The position numbers and the translations under genes were made by a program. A stretch of DNA of 32,000 nt, from the NCBI RefSeq assembly GCF_009557235.1, contig NZ_CP045650.1:2130001-2162000 (forward strand), in the 5' to 3' direction. Below the pieces are notes generated by a model that saw only the letters and a program-made list of their open reading frames with translations, had not been told where the DNA came from and did no database searches. The stretch is from Acinetobacter wanghuae. Its GTDB lineage: Bacteria > Pseudomonadota > Gammaproteobacteria > Pseudomonadales > Moraxellaceae. Positions 1 through 8,932 of this stretch are shown here, one piece after another (the first letter of the stretch is position 1; each line of letters begins with the position of its first letter).

Positions 1-150
1 GACGGCACATTGACGGCAAGAACCAACAGAACCTAAGGATGGATGCCAACAAAAGTATGGAATATCCAGACCCAAAGACAAACATGCTTGTAGCAAGTTT
101 TCCGAGCCATTTACTTCGTAGTCTTTTCCATCGACATGAATTGTAGCCAT
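1..150 (-). CDS. nuoG: NADH-quinone oxidoreductase subunit G, first 50 codons only (gene runs off the left edge)
   Basis: The reverse complement of 1-150 reads [50 protein letters not shown] from the ATG at 148-150. This is a 2Fe-2S ferredoxin-like N-terminus typical of NuoG. It lies directly downstream of nuoF, as in the canonical nuo order. Confidence 0.85.
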   Translation of the reverse strand, partial: MATIHVDGKDYEVNGSENLLQACLSLGLDIPYFCWHPSLGSVGSCRQCAV

Positions 151-161
151 AGTCGAATTCC

Positions 162-1493
162 TTAAACTTGTTCGGTGTTGCTAACTTGAGCGGCCGCATT
201 TACGACTTTCGCTTCAAATTCGCCACGGAAATGTTTGAGAGCGCCCATAAGCGGTTCCATTGCACCCGGCGCATGGGCACAGAAAGTCTTACCAATCCAC
301 AACTTACGAGTTAGTTCTTGTAAGTGATCGATATCTTCCTGTTTACCTGTACCATTTTCCAATGCTTTCAGCGCTTTCACCGCCCAAGGTAAACCATCAC
401 GGCAAGGGGTACAGAAGCCACATGATTCACGTGCAAAGAATTCTTCTAAGTTACGTGTTGCAGACACCATACATTGGGTTTCATCCACCACCATGAGCAA
501 ACATGTCCCTAAACGTGAACCTGCTTTCATGATGGTTTCAGCATCCATTGGCAAATCAATATGTTCTGCTGCCAAGAAGTCAGTTGATGCACCACCTGGT
601 AACCATGCTTTCAGTTTTAAACCGTCGCGCATACCACCAGCATGTTCTTCAATCACTTCACGTGCAGTCGTACCAAATGGAAGCTCCCAAAGACCCGGGA
701 ATTTCACTTTACCTGAGGCACCGTAAATTTTTGTGCCTGGATCTTTCGATTTACCCGCAGATAAACCGATATACCATTCAGGACCACGCAGCATGATTGC
801 AGGTAAGTTGTTGTAGGTTTCTACGTTGTTGACAATCGTAGGACGCCCCCAAGCACCTGCCACTTGCGGGAATGGCGGCTTAGTACGTGGATTTGCACGG
901 CGACCTTCAAGCGAGTTAATCAATGCAGTTTCTTCACCACAAATATAACGACCCGCACCCGTATGCACGTGTAAATCGAAGCTCCAACCAGATCCTAGGA
1001 TGTTTTCACCCAAGTAACCTTTGGCACGAATTTGCTCAAGTGCTTCATTTAAGTACTGAGCGGCCTCAATGTATTCGCCACGAATAAAGATATAACCGTG
1101 TGTTGCTTCTAGCGTATAACCCGCAATCAACATCCCTTCGATCAATTGATGTGGAAGATCTTCCATCAACAAACGGTCTTTAAAGGTACCCGGTTCCATT
1201 TCATCGGCATTACAAATCAGGTAACGTGGACCTGAATTGTCGTTTGGCGCCATGAGCGACCATTTAATACCTGCTGGGAAGCCTGCACCACCACGACCTT
1301 TTACAGTTGCAGCTTTAATGACATCAAGTACATCTTTAGGCGGCATTGTGAGTGCTTTTTTAAAGCCCGCATAACCTTCTAAAGCTTCATAGTCATCTGC
1401 ACTGCGAACATTGGCTTGTTTACTTAAACGCCAAGTCAGTGGATGCGTTTCTGGGTTACCGTCGCCATAAATTGGTTTTGGTTCAGTATTCAT
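162..1493 (-). CDS. nuoF: NADH-quinone oxidoreductase subunit F (NADH/FMN-binding 51 kDa subunit)
   Basis: 443-aa ORF with motifs [23 protein letters not shown] and the 4Fe-4S ligand block [10 protein letters not shown]. It has a 4-bp start/stop overlap with nuoE. Confidence 0.95.
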   Translation of the reverse strand: MNTEPKPIYGDGNPETHPLTWRLSKQANVRSADDYEALEGYAGFKKALTMPPKDVLDVIKAATVKGRGGAGFPAGIKWSLMAPNDNSGPRYLICNADEMEPGTFKDRLLMEDLPHQLIEGMLIAGYTLEATHGYIFIRGEYIEAAQYLNEALEQIRAKGYLGENILGSGWSFDLHVHTGAGRYICGEETALINSLEGRRANPRTKPPFPQVAGAWGRPTIVNNVETYNNLPAIMLRGPEWYIGLSAGKSKDPGTKIYGASGKVKFPGLWELPFGTTAREVIEEHAGGMRDGLKLKAWLPGGASTDFLAAEHIDLPMDAETIMKAGSRLGTCLLMVVDETQCMVSATRNLEEFFARESCGFCTPCRDGLPWAVKALKALENGTGKQEDIDHLQELTRKLWIGKTFCAHAPGAMEPLMGALKHFRGEFEAKVVNAAAQVSNTEQV

Positions 1494-1999
1494 ACATACT
1501 TCTCCAATAACTGTTTAATTGAAGTCACTTCAACCAGACCGTGCGTATCTTCATCAATCATTAAGGTTGGACCTTTGTCACAGTTACCTAAACAGCAAAT
1601 CGGAAGTAAAGTAAAACGACCATCAGCGGTGGTTTGACCAAACGAGATACCGAGTTCACGTTGGAATGCTTCTGCCAAAGTTTCCGCACCCATCAAGAAA
1701 CACGCAATCGAATCACATAATAAAATCACGTGACGACCAACAGGTTGACGGTAAATACGGTTATAGAATGTCGCCACGCCTTCCAAATCGGCAACGCTCA
1801 TTGAAAGCATTTGCGCGATGGCATTCATTTGTGCGTCATCGACCCAACCATTACGGCGTTGTACACATTTAAGTGCATCTAAACATGCCGCACGTGGGTA
1901 TGGGTAATGACCAATGTGATGTTCGATATCGTGAATTTCTTCCGCAGTCAAAATCCCTTCAACATTCACACGTGGTTTTTTATCAGTCAAAATCATCAT
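1490..1999 (-). CDS. nuoE: NADH-quinone oxidoreductase subunit E (2Fe-2S, 24 kDa subunit)
   Basis: 169-aa ORF with Cys ligand blocks LLCDSIAC and [10 protein letters not shown]. It is positioned between nuoCD and nuoF. Confidence 0.95.
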   Translation of the reverse strand: MMILTDKKPRVNVEGILTAEEIHDIEHHIGHYPYPRAACLDALKCVQRRNGWVDDAQMNAIAQMLSMSVADLEGVATFYNRIYRQPVGRHVILLCDSIACFLMGAETLAEAFQRELGISFGQTTADGRFTLLPICCLGNCDKGPTLMIDEDTHGLVEVTSIKQLLEKYV

Positions 2000-2013
2000 A
2001 ATGCGATTACCCC

Positions 2014-3801
2014 TTAGCGATCCACGTCAGCCATTACGACGTCAATGGTCGCTAAATAAATGATTAAGTCAGACATTAAGCTGCCGTTAATCACAGAAGG
2101 CATTTGCTGTAAATGCGTGAAGGTTGGTGTACGAATACGAGTACGGTAACTCATCGTTGACTTGTCTGAAGTCAAGTAGTAGTTCGACGCACCTTTCACC
2201 ACTTCCGCCATCACAGATGCTTCACCTGCTGGCATGACAGGACCCCAAGATACGCTTAAGAAGTGCGTAATCAAGGTTTCAATATCTTGTAGTGTCTTGT
2301 CTTTTGGTGGTGGAACAGCCAGTGGATGATCTGCTTTATATGCACCAGACGGCATGTTATCTAAACATTGCTTGATGATTTTCAGCGATTCTTCGATTTC
2401 ACGGTAGTGAACCATGACACGTGCATATGCATCGCCTTCATACTCAAGTGGTACTTCGAAATCATAGTTTTCGTAGCCACTGTATGGACGGTACTTACGT
2501 ACGTCAAAATCGATACCTGTCGCACGCAGACCTGTACCTGTCACACCCCAAGCCAATGCTGATTTTGCATCGTATTGCGCAACATTACGGGTACGACCAA
2601 TAAATACAGAGTTTTTCAGCGCTGCAGTATGGTATTCCTTCAAACGTTTAGGCATCCAATCCAAGATTTCACGGATTAAATGTTGCCAGTTGTTTGGAAG
2701 GTCGTGTGCTGTACCACCGATACGGAACCATGCTGGGTGCATACGGTAACCGGTGATCGCTTCAATCGCGTCATAGATTTTTTGACGATCGGCGAACATG
2801 TAGAACACAGGTGTCATACCGCCGGCATCTTGAATTGCAGTACCAATGAACAATAAGTGGTTATTGATACGGAACAATTCAGACATCATCACGCGAATAC
2901 ATTGTGCACGGTCAGGAACAGTAATCCCTGCCATTTGCTCAACACCTAACACGTAAGGCATGTTTTGCGCACAACCACCTAAGTAGTCGACACGGTCTGT
3001 ATACGGAATGAATGAATGCCAAGTTTGACGTTCAGCCATCTTTTCCACACCACGGTGGTGATAACCGATGTCAGGCACACAGTCTTTCACTTCTTCACCG
3101 TCCAACTGCAGAATGACACGGAAGGCACCGTGCGCAGATGGATGGTTCGGACCCAAGTTTAGGAACATGAAGTCTTCATCTTTATTACCGCGTTTCATAC
3201 CCCAATCTTCAGGTACGAAGCGAAGATGCTCTTGCTCGTAATCTTGTTTCGCTTGGTTTTGCATGTACGGCGTATATTCAGTCGCACGTGCAGAATATTC
3301 TTTACGAAGTGGATGACCTTCCCAATAGGTTGGCAACAAAATACGACGGAGCATTGGATGCCCTTCGAAATTGATGCCGAACATATCGTAAGCTTCACGT
3401 TCGTACCAGTTGGCATTTGGCCAAATGTTGGTTGCTGTTGGAAGATTAAGATCACTCTCAGCTAACGCAACTTTAATACGAATATCGGTATTACGCTCTA
3501 AAGACAACAAGTGATAGAACACTGTGAAGTCAGATGCAGGCAATCCATCACGGTGCGTACGTAGACGCTCATCTACCGCTGACAAATCGAATAGCATCAC
3601 GTAAGGACGCGATACAGTACGCAAGAACATTAAGACGTCTTGCACACGTGCGCGCTCAACCCAAACTGTCGGGAAATCCTCGAAAGTCTTTTGCACATAG
3701 AAGTTCTCACCAAACTTGGTTTTGAGCTCTTCTACAATTGCAAATGCAGGGCGGGAATCAACCGGCGTTGATTCTGGCATAGCAATGTCAGTTTCAGCCA
3801 T
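2014..3801 (-). CDS. nuoCD: Fused NADH-quinone oxidoreductase subunit C/D
   Basis: 595-aa ORF. The N-terminal half has the NuoC signature [18 protein letters not shown] and the C-terminal half has the NuoD signature [15 protein letters not shown]. This fusion is the usual state in gammaproteobacteria. Confidence 0.95.
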   Translation of the reverse strand: MAETDIAMPESTPVDSRPAFAIVEELKTKFGENFYVQKTFEDFPTVWVERARVQDVLMFLRTVSRPYVMLFDLSAVDERLRTHRDGLPASDFTVFYHLLSLERNTDIRIKVALAESDLNLPTATNIWPNANWYEREAYDMFGINFEGHPMLRRILLPTYWEGHPLRKEYSARATEYTPYMQNQAKQDYEQEHLRFVPEDWGMKRGNKDEDFMFLNLGPNHPSAHGAFRVILQLDGEEVKDCVPDIGYHHRGVEKMAERQTWHSFIPYTDRVDYLGGCAQNMPYVLGVEQMAGITVPDRAQCIRVMMSELFRINNHLLFIGTAIQDAGGMTPVFYMFADRQKIYDAIEAITGYRMHPAWFRIGGTAHDLPNNWQHLIREILDWMPKRLKEYHTAALKNSVFIGRTRNVAQYDAKSALAWGVTGTGLRATGIDFDVRKYRPYSGYENYDFEVPLEYEGDAYARVMVHYREIEESLKIIKQCLDNMPSGAYKADHPLAVPPPKDKTLQDIETLITHFLSVSWGPVMPAGEASVMAEVVKGASNYYLTSDKSTMSYRTRIRTPTFTHLQQMPSVINGSLMSDLIIYLATIDVVMADVDR

Positions 3802-3888
3802 TAGCTTGGCTTCCTATTTAATACAAATTCAGTCAACTTAAACGACAATGACACCCTCAATTAGGTGCATCAACATAGCGCGCTTAAA

Positions 3889-4569
3889 TTATTTAATTTC
3901 ATCCATCGAACGTAGATTTTTCACAGCAACACGCTGTTCTTTCTTACGGTCACGTTCAGGCATCATCTTTGGCTTATAAACTGGCTTAAGATCGTCACCA
4001 ATGACCGCTGAAAGCGGACGACGTTCGAGTTGAATTTGGTCTTGCAACAACATCAATGCCTGAATTAAAGCTTCAGGACGTGGTGGGCAACCTGGAACAT
4101 AAACATCGACTGGGATGATTTTATCCACGCCTTGTACAACCGAATAAATGTCGTACATACCACCTGAGTTTGCGCATGCACCCATTGAAATGACCCATTT
4201 TGGCTCTAACATTTGTTCATACAAACGTTGAATCACTGGCGCCATTTTCACGAAGCACGTACCAGCAACAATCATCAAATCTGCTTGACGAGGTGAAGCA
4301 CGGATAACCTCTGCACCGAAGCGTGACAAGTCATGTACGCCTGTTAACGTTGTTGCATATTCAACATAGCAACAAGATGTACCAAAGTTAAACGGCCAAA
4401 CCGAGTTCTTACGACCCCAGTTTACTGCTGTGTGCATCACGTCCTCTAAACGAGTCATGAACACATTTTTATTCACTTCTTCTTGTAAAAGCGGATCTTC
4501 TACCGGAATACGCTCTTGAAGTGGATATTGATCAGCATCCGGATTCGCACGGGTTAAAGTATATTTCAT
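3889..4569 (-). CDS. nuoB: NADH-quinone oxidoreductase subunit B (N2 4Fe-4S subunit)
   Basis: 226-aa ORF with the motifs [14 protein letters not shown] and VPGCPPRPE. Confidence 0.95.
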   Translation of the reverse strand: MKYTLTRANPDADQYPLQERIPVEDPLLQEEVNKNVFMTRLEDVMHTAVNWGRKNSVWPFNFGTSCCYVEYATTLTGVHDLSRFGAEVIRASPRQADLMIVAGTCFVKMAPVIQRLYEQMLEPKWVISMGACANSGGMYDIYSVVQGVDKIIPVDVYVPGCPPRPEALIQALMLLQDQIQLERRPLSAVIGDDLKPVYKPKMMPERDRKKEQRVAVKNLRSMDEIK

Positions 4570-4575
4570 CCCGAG

Positions 4576-5121
4576 TTACTCCTTATCAGATGATGTAGCC
4601 GGTGAAGATTTCACACGACCAGAGGATTGAGCTGGGATTTGACCAGTCGGGTCTGTTACCAATTCTTCAATTGAGTTAAAGCGCGTAATTTCTGCAAGAT
4701 CCATATTTGGCGAACCAATTTTGAACGCCTTACCAGCAGCTTTACGTTTGTCAGTCGGCGCCCAATTCAACGCACCCACTTTCACGGCATAAATCAATGC
4801 AATCAATAAATCGACCACAAAAATAACCACAGTTGTGAAACCGAACCACCCTGCTTCACGCACAGAAGTAGACCATGCATAAAGATAAAGTGCTTCAATA
4901 TCGAAAACGACAAAGAAAATCGCCACTAAATAGAATTTCGCAGACAAGCGGATACGAGCTCCACCTGCACCTACTACACCTGACTCAAACTGCTCCTGCT
5001 TAGCACGGCCCCATGACTTACCCCCTAGGAGTAATGGAACTGTGAGCATGAAGACGCATAAAAATGTAACGCCGATCACGAAGGCAATAATTGCCCAATC
5101 GTATGGAGTAATGGCACTCAT
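4576..5121 (-). CDS. nuoA: NADH-quinone oxidoreductase subunit A
   Basis: I place the start at the internal ATG (cat at 5119-5121), which is preceded by AGGAG (revcomp of ctcct at 5132-5136), giving MSAITPYDWAIIAF.... The product has three hydrophobic helices and a hydrophilic C-terminal tail. The track's longer 211-aa version adds 30 unlikely N-terminal codons. Confidence 0.88.
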   Translation of the reverse strand: MSAITPYDWAIIAFVIGVTFLCVFMLTVPLLLGGKSWGRAKQEQFESGVVGAGGARIRLSAKFYLVAIFFVVFDIEALYLYAWSTSVREAGWFGFTTVVIFVVDLLIALIYAVKVGALNWAPTDKRKAAGKAFKIGSPNMDLAEITRFNSIEELVTDPTGQIPAQSSGRVKSSPATSSDKE

Positions 5122-5475
5122 GCGGGGATAACTCCTGGCAGGCCTATTTATTAACAAAAGAATGTATGTATTGGCCTTCGAATACACCAAACACAAAATT
5201 AATCCCGCCAATTGTACCTGATTTTAGATTTCACTTGCTAGTTTATAAGCCTTAGTCTTTTAGATGTTTTTTTATGCAAATGCTCTTTGGTAAAGCTTTG
5301 TATGACATACAGCACCAATCAATCGATTTAACAAATAAAAAATCATTTTTTAATTATTTTTTCCAAACTCAAGCGCTTATAAAAACAATGCTTATCACTA
5401 ATAAAAAATACTGATTTACAATCATTTGTTTGGTTTTTGCAACAAGAGGTCTCAGATTCTTCAACCTAGCATCAG

Positions 5476-5513
5476 ATTGTGATATTTGTGTAGTGAAACA
5501 CAACAATCACAAT
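5476..5513. promoter_or_regulatory. 38-bp imperfect palindrome just upstream of the 118-aa ORF (operator or 5' UTR hairpin candidate)
   Basis: The left arm attgtgatatttgtgt (5476-5491) and the right arm acacaacaatcacaat (5498-5513) are reverse complements at 14 of 16 positions. The loop is the 6 nt agtgaa. The palindrome ends 14 nt before the ATG at 5528. Confidence 0.35.
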
Positions 5514-5527
5514 AAGGTCGACATTCT

Positions 5528-5884
5528 ATGAGTTTAGATTTCACTCACAAACCTGATTATTTCTTATCCGCCCAACTTTTCATTCGCCACCTTGAAACTT
5601 ACGTCGAAAAGCACCCTGAAGCTGACAATGCAATTTTTGATTTACGCGATATTTACGAGCTGTTCCGTCAGGACTTAGCCTCAGCAACCACAAACCTTGA
5701 CGGCATTTTGAATATTGCAGATGAATATAAAGTCGACACCTTAGAAGGCGACCAAAAGATCATTCAAAGCTATCAAATTAATGCTAAAAACAACACACTC
5801 CTACTCGAACTTAATGCACACGCATTAACCAGTTTACGTGCAGGTAAAAGCATCATTGCACCTGATGCCAATTTGCACGAATAA
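5528..5884 (+). CDS. Hypothetical protein (118 aa), no family recognised
   Basis: Clean ORF with an AAGG 11-14 nt upstream of the ATG, followed by a strong hairpin terminator. It occupies the slot between nuoA and bfmS. No motif recognised. Confidence 0.55.
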   Translation: MSLDFTHKPDYFLSAQLFIRHLETYVEKHPEADNAIFDLRDIYELFRQDLASATTNLDGILNIADEYKVDTLEGDQKIIQSYQINAKNNTLLLELNAHALTSLRAGKSIIAPDANLHE

Positions 5885-5900
5885 TTAAATTTTCTAAACA

Positions 5901-5929
5901 AAAAAACGATGCCGATGCATCGTTTTTTG
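5901..5929. terminator. Bidirectional rho-independent terminator shared by the 118-aa ORF (+) and bfmS (-)
   Basis: Stem acgatgc (5906-5912) pairs with gcatcgt (5917-5923) around the loop cgat. An A-run lies on the left and a T-run on the right. Confidence 0.75.
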
Positions 5930-5930
5930 T

Positions 5931-7604
5931 TTAAGGTTCAATCAAGGGCACTTCTTCTTTGTGCTCATCACTAGATTTATGCTTGTTCTTTTTGCGATAA
6001 CGATGTGGCGGCCAACTCATCGTAAAACGCGCTCCACCCAAGGTCGGACTTTCATCCACAGTGATGGTTCCGCCGAACCAAAAGGCGATTCGACTCACAA
6101 TAGACAAGCCTAAACCGTAACCACCTGAAGCACGTGTACGACTATCGTCTAATCGCGAAAATGCCTCAAAAATCCGTTGACGGTCTTCTTCTGGAATACC
6201 TGCCCCATCATCCTCAACACAGATATAAGCTTGACCTTGATAATCAAGCCCACCACTGACCACAATACGCTCATCACAATAACGAATCGCATTACCTACC
6301 AAGTTTTGAATCACGCGATGTAAGTAACGACGCTCTGCATCCACCACAAAGTTCTCAGGCATAGGCAGGAGTTCAATTTTTTTCTGAGTCTTTAAGGCTT
6401 CAGTCTCAACCACGACCTGATCAAGTACGTCATACAAAATCACCTGCTCAAAATCAAGCGATGGCGTCCCCTGCTCAAGCTTGGCATAAGTCATGATCTC
6501 ATCAATCAAGGTGTTCAGCGCTTCAATGTCTTTATCAATTTGCTCCACTTGCTGCAATCGATACTCATAATCATCTTCATCAGCAAGCATTTCCATGGCA
6601 AACCGAATGCGTGCCACTGGGGTACGTAACTCATGAGACACTGCACGCATCAATTCGCGCTGCGACTCAATCAAACGCTGAATATGATCTGACATTTTGT
6701 TATAGCTCGATGCCAGTAAAGCCATTTCATCTTTGCCGTCAATTTCAAGACGCATCGATAAATTACCGGACTTCATTTTGTTTAAAGCGTAGCTCACTTC
6801 ACGCAGCTTACGCTGTAAAGGCAGCAATAGACCATACACACCAAGACTAAGTACAAATAAGCTGAGCAAGGTAATACCTGCCGCCAACTGGAAAGGCATC
6901 CAGTTAAACAACGGCACAGGACCCATCACCAACACTTCAGAAGTTGAACTTGGAATAGGCGAAACAATTGAAATGGTGGTACCGCGAATCGAGGCACTAT
7001 CCCGATACAAAATAATACTGTGATCTAAACGTAAGCGACCAATTTGCTCTGAATCGAGCGGCAGGCTTTGAACACTTTCAATACCGATCGGATAAGAAAA
7101 ATGAGATTGGATTTTGGCAAGATATTCTTTTTCTTGACCCGGATAATACACCAAATAATCTAAAATAAAGACCGGCAACGCCTTCATTTGGCGTTCAGTC
7201 AGATTATCTGCCTTGATATAAAGATAATGATCTGGATCATCCTTCAAGCCCAGTACAATATAAGCAACGCTGGTTTGCGCATCCCAACGCACAACCGCAC
7301 GACGATCGTTGATACGCCGCCTTTCCGCACGTGTCAGCTCAACTTTGTCAGATTTGACATAATAGATCGGCAATTCCAGCAAATCTGATGCATCTGAAAT
7401 CCAATCTATTTTTTGTTGAGCGTTGGGTTGCCGTGCTACACCTTCACTAATGATAAATGCAATACCATCAGTCAAGGACTCACGATACTCTTGCGCACGT
7501 TGGTAGTTAATAATCTGTACCAACAGATAGCCGAACAGTGCCACCAACACCACGAGGATGACAAGCCCTGCATAGATACGCAAAAATATACTGTGTTTAA
7601 ACAC
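5931..7604 (-). CDS. bfmS: Sensor histidine kinase BfmS
   Basis: 557-aa ORF with two TM segments, an H-box SHELRTPV, an N-box NLVGNAIRY, and G-boxes DDGAGIP and GYGLGLSIV. It lies directly downstream of bfmR, as in the A. baumannii bfmRS operon. Confidence 0.9.
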   Translation of the reverse strand: MFKHSIFLRIYAGLVILVVLVALFGYLLVQIINYQRAQEYRESLTDGIAFIISEGVARQPNAQQKIDWISDASDLLELPIYYVKSDKVELTRAERRRINDRRAVVRWDAQTSVAYIVLGLKDDPDHYLYIKADNLTERQMKALPVFILDYLVYYPGQEKEYLAKIQSHFSYPIGIESVQSLPLDSEQIGRLRLDHSIILYRDSASIRGTTISIVSPIPSSTSEVLVMGPVPLFNWMPFQLAAGITLLSLFVLSLGVYGLLLPLQRKLREVSYALNKMKSGNLSMRLEIDGKDEMALLASSYNKMSDHIQRLIESQRELMRAVSHELRTPVARIRFAMEMLADEDDYEYRLQQVEQIDKDIEALNTLIDEIMTYAKLEQGTPSLDFEQVILYDVLDQVVVETEALKTQKKIELLPMPENFVVDAERRYLHRVIQNLVGNAIRYCDERIVVSGGLDYQGQAYICVEDDGAGIPEEDRQRIFEAFSRLDDSRTRASGGYGLGLSIVSRIAFWFGGTITVDESPTLGGARFTMSWPPHRYRKKNKHKSSDEHKEEVPLIEP

Positions 7605-7647
7605 CTAGGGTTTTACTCACTTATATTAGCCATTGAAACGGTATGCA

Positions 7648-8364
7648 TTACATACCGTTGGTTTCTTTGACAAACAAATAACCTTTACTACGTACGGTTT
7701 TAATACGTTTTGGATTTTCCGGATCATCACCAATTTTTGGGCGAATACGTGAAATACGCACATCGATTGAACGGTCTTGACCATCATATTCAATACCGCG
7801 TAAACGCTCAAAAATATCTTCACGCGATAAAATACGACCCGCATTTGAAGCCAGCAACCATAATAAGTCATATTCTGCACTGGTGAAATCAACGAGTTCG
7901 TTATTGAGTGTAACTGAGCGACCGCCGTTATCAATCACTAAGTCATCAAATTCAATACGTTGCGCAACTTCATCTTCAGGCACTTTGTCTGTACGACGTA
8001 ACAATGCACGAATACGCGCTAAAAGCACACGCGGTTGAACAGGCTTAGCGACATAATCATCCGCGCCCATTTCAAGACCCAAGACTTGATCCATATCTTC
8101 AGTACGCGCAGTCAACATCAGAATCGGTTGATGATAATGTGGACGAACTTCACGGCAAATAGTCAAACCATCCGCACCCGGCAACATTACATCAAGTACA
8201 ACCAAGTCAGGTTGTTCAGCAACAATACGACGAATCGCACGATTACCATCTGGCTCTACCCCAACCTCTAAACCATTGCGAATCAGGTATTCCTGTGTCA
8301 AACGAGCCAAACGCTCATCATCTTCCACAATTAAAATCTTGGGTAACTTTTCTTCTTGACTCAT
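7648..8364 (-). CDS. bfmR: OmpR/PhoB-family response regulator BfmR
   Basis: 238-aa ORF with a receiver domain (ILIVEDDERL ... VVLDVMLPGADG) and a winged-helix domain (VRSKGYLF). From memory it is nearly identical to A. baumannii BfmR (MSQEEKLPKILIVEDDERLARLTQEYLIRNGLEVGVE...). Confidence 0.93.
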   Translation of the reverse strand: MSQEEKLPKILIVEDDERLARLTQEYLIRNGLEVGVEPDGNRAIRRIVAEQPDLVVLDVMLPGADGLTICREVRPHYHQPILMLTARTEDMDQVLGLEMGADDYVAKPVQPRVLLARIRALLRRTDKVPEDEVAQRIEFDDLVIDNGGRSVTLNNELVDFTSAEYDLLWLLASNAGRILSREDIFERLRGIEYDGQDRSIDVRISRIRPKIGDDPENPKRIKTVRSKGYLFVKETNGM

Positions 8365-8443
8365 ATGTTTGTCCCTTTATTAATTGGACGTATCCTTTAG
8401 AAATCCAATAGATACGATTGAATATTAACTGCAATATACACAC

Positions 8444-8458
8444 GTTTACATTGTAAAC
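8444..8458. promoter_or_regulatory. Perfect 15-bp palindrome GTTTACATTGTAAAC about 80 bp upstream of bfmR (candidate BfmR autoregulatory site)
   Basis: gtttaca (8444-8450), t, tgtaaac (8452-8458). A related inverted repeat, gtgttta-N6-taaacac, lies at 8595-8614 in the same bfmR/nrdA divergent control region. Confidence 0.35.
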
Positions 8459-8798
8459 AAGATAGCGTTCACCAAACCGATACATCAAAGTAGCATTTTG
8501 TAATATTTTATTTGAATAAATATTTAAAGTTCGCGTTTAGTTGCTGTCATTTTCCTCAACTGAATGATTTAGCGTGATATCAACTGCACAAAAAGTGTTT
8601 ACTTAAATAAACACGATTCAACTCTTTTCACTTATCCACAATGTTATCTATAAGCACTTTTATTTAGCTTTGCTATCCTACACCTTGCCCAACAAGGCTT
8701 ACATGAAAATGATAAAAACAAGGATAATTTTGAGATGGATTCTCAACAAGTTTGATCAAAATTTTTAGGCGAATGTCAATATTGATCTACCCTTAATT

Positions 8799-8846
8799 TT
8801 CCCGTATCTTGTGTTCAATTAATTTATAAACCACTAGGTCTTGTGT
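8799..8846 (+). promoter_or_regulatory. Candidate tandem NrdR boxes upstream of nrdA
   Basis: Two 16-mers end in tcttgtgt: ttcccgtatcttgtgt (8799-8814) and ccactaggtcttgtgt (8831-8846). They are 32 bp apart start to start. The second matches my remembered NrdR palindrome acaCwAtATaTwGtgt on both halves. The first matches only on its right half. Confidence 0.35.
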
Positions 8847-8932
8847 TTATCCCTCAAACACTGTGGCATGTTTTTTGCTCAGTTCAAACGGTCCATAAAC
8901 ATAAAAATAGATGACAATGGAGCTATGCTAAA

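Noticed and set aside
260-3725. Multiple 60-86-aa ORFs inside the nuo genes, both antisense and same-strand out of frame (260-496, 493-726, 548-796, 1443-1637, 1666-1872, 2368-2562, 2421-2603, 3195-3455, 3226-3465, 3534-3725).
   Set aside because: All lie entirely within strongly supported, motif-bearing nuoF, nuoE and nuoCD reading frames. They have low-complexity or odd composition and no RBS, so they are typical shadow ORFs.
5122-5211. N-terminal 30 codons of the track's 211-aa nuoA ORF (MAGLILCLVYSKANTYILLLINRPARSYPR).
   Set aside because: The internal ATG at 5121 is preceded by AGGAG and yields the conserved NuoA N-terminus MSAITPYDW.... The extension lies in the AT-rich promoter region and has no RBS.
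6611-8271. ORFs overlapping bfmS and bfmR (6611-6850, 7188-7388, 7413-7670, 7626-7934, 8035-8271).
   Set aside because: They are embedded in, or antisense to, the kinase and regulator genes, whose domain motifs are complete. The 102-aa ORF at 7626-7934 is an out-of-frame overlap of bfmR with no independent support.
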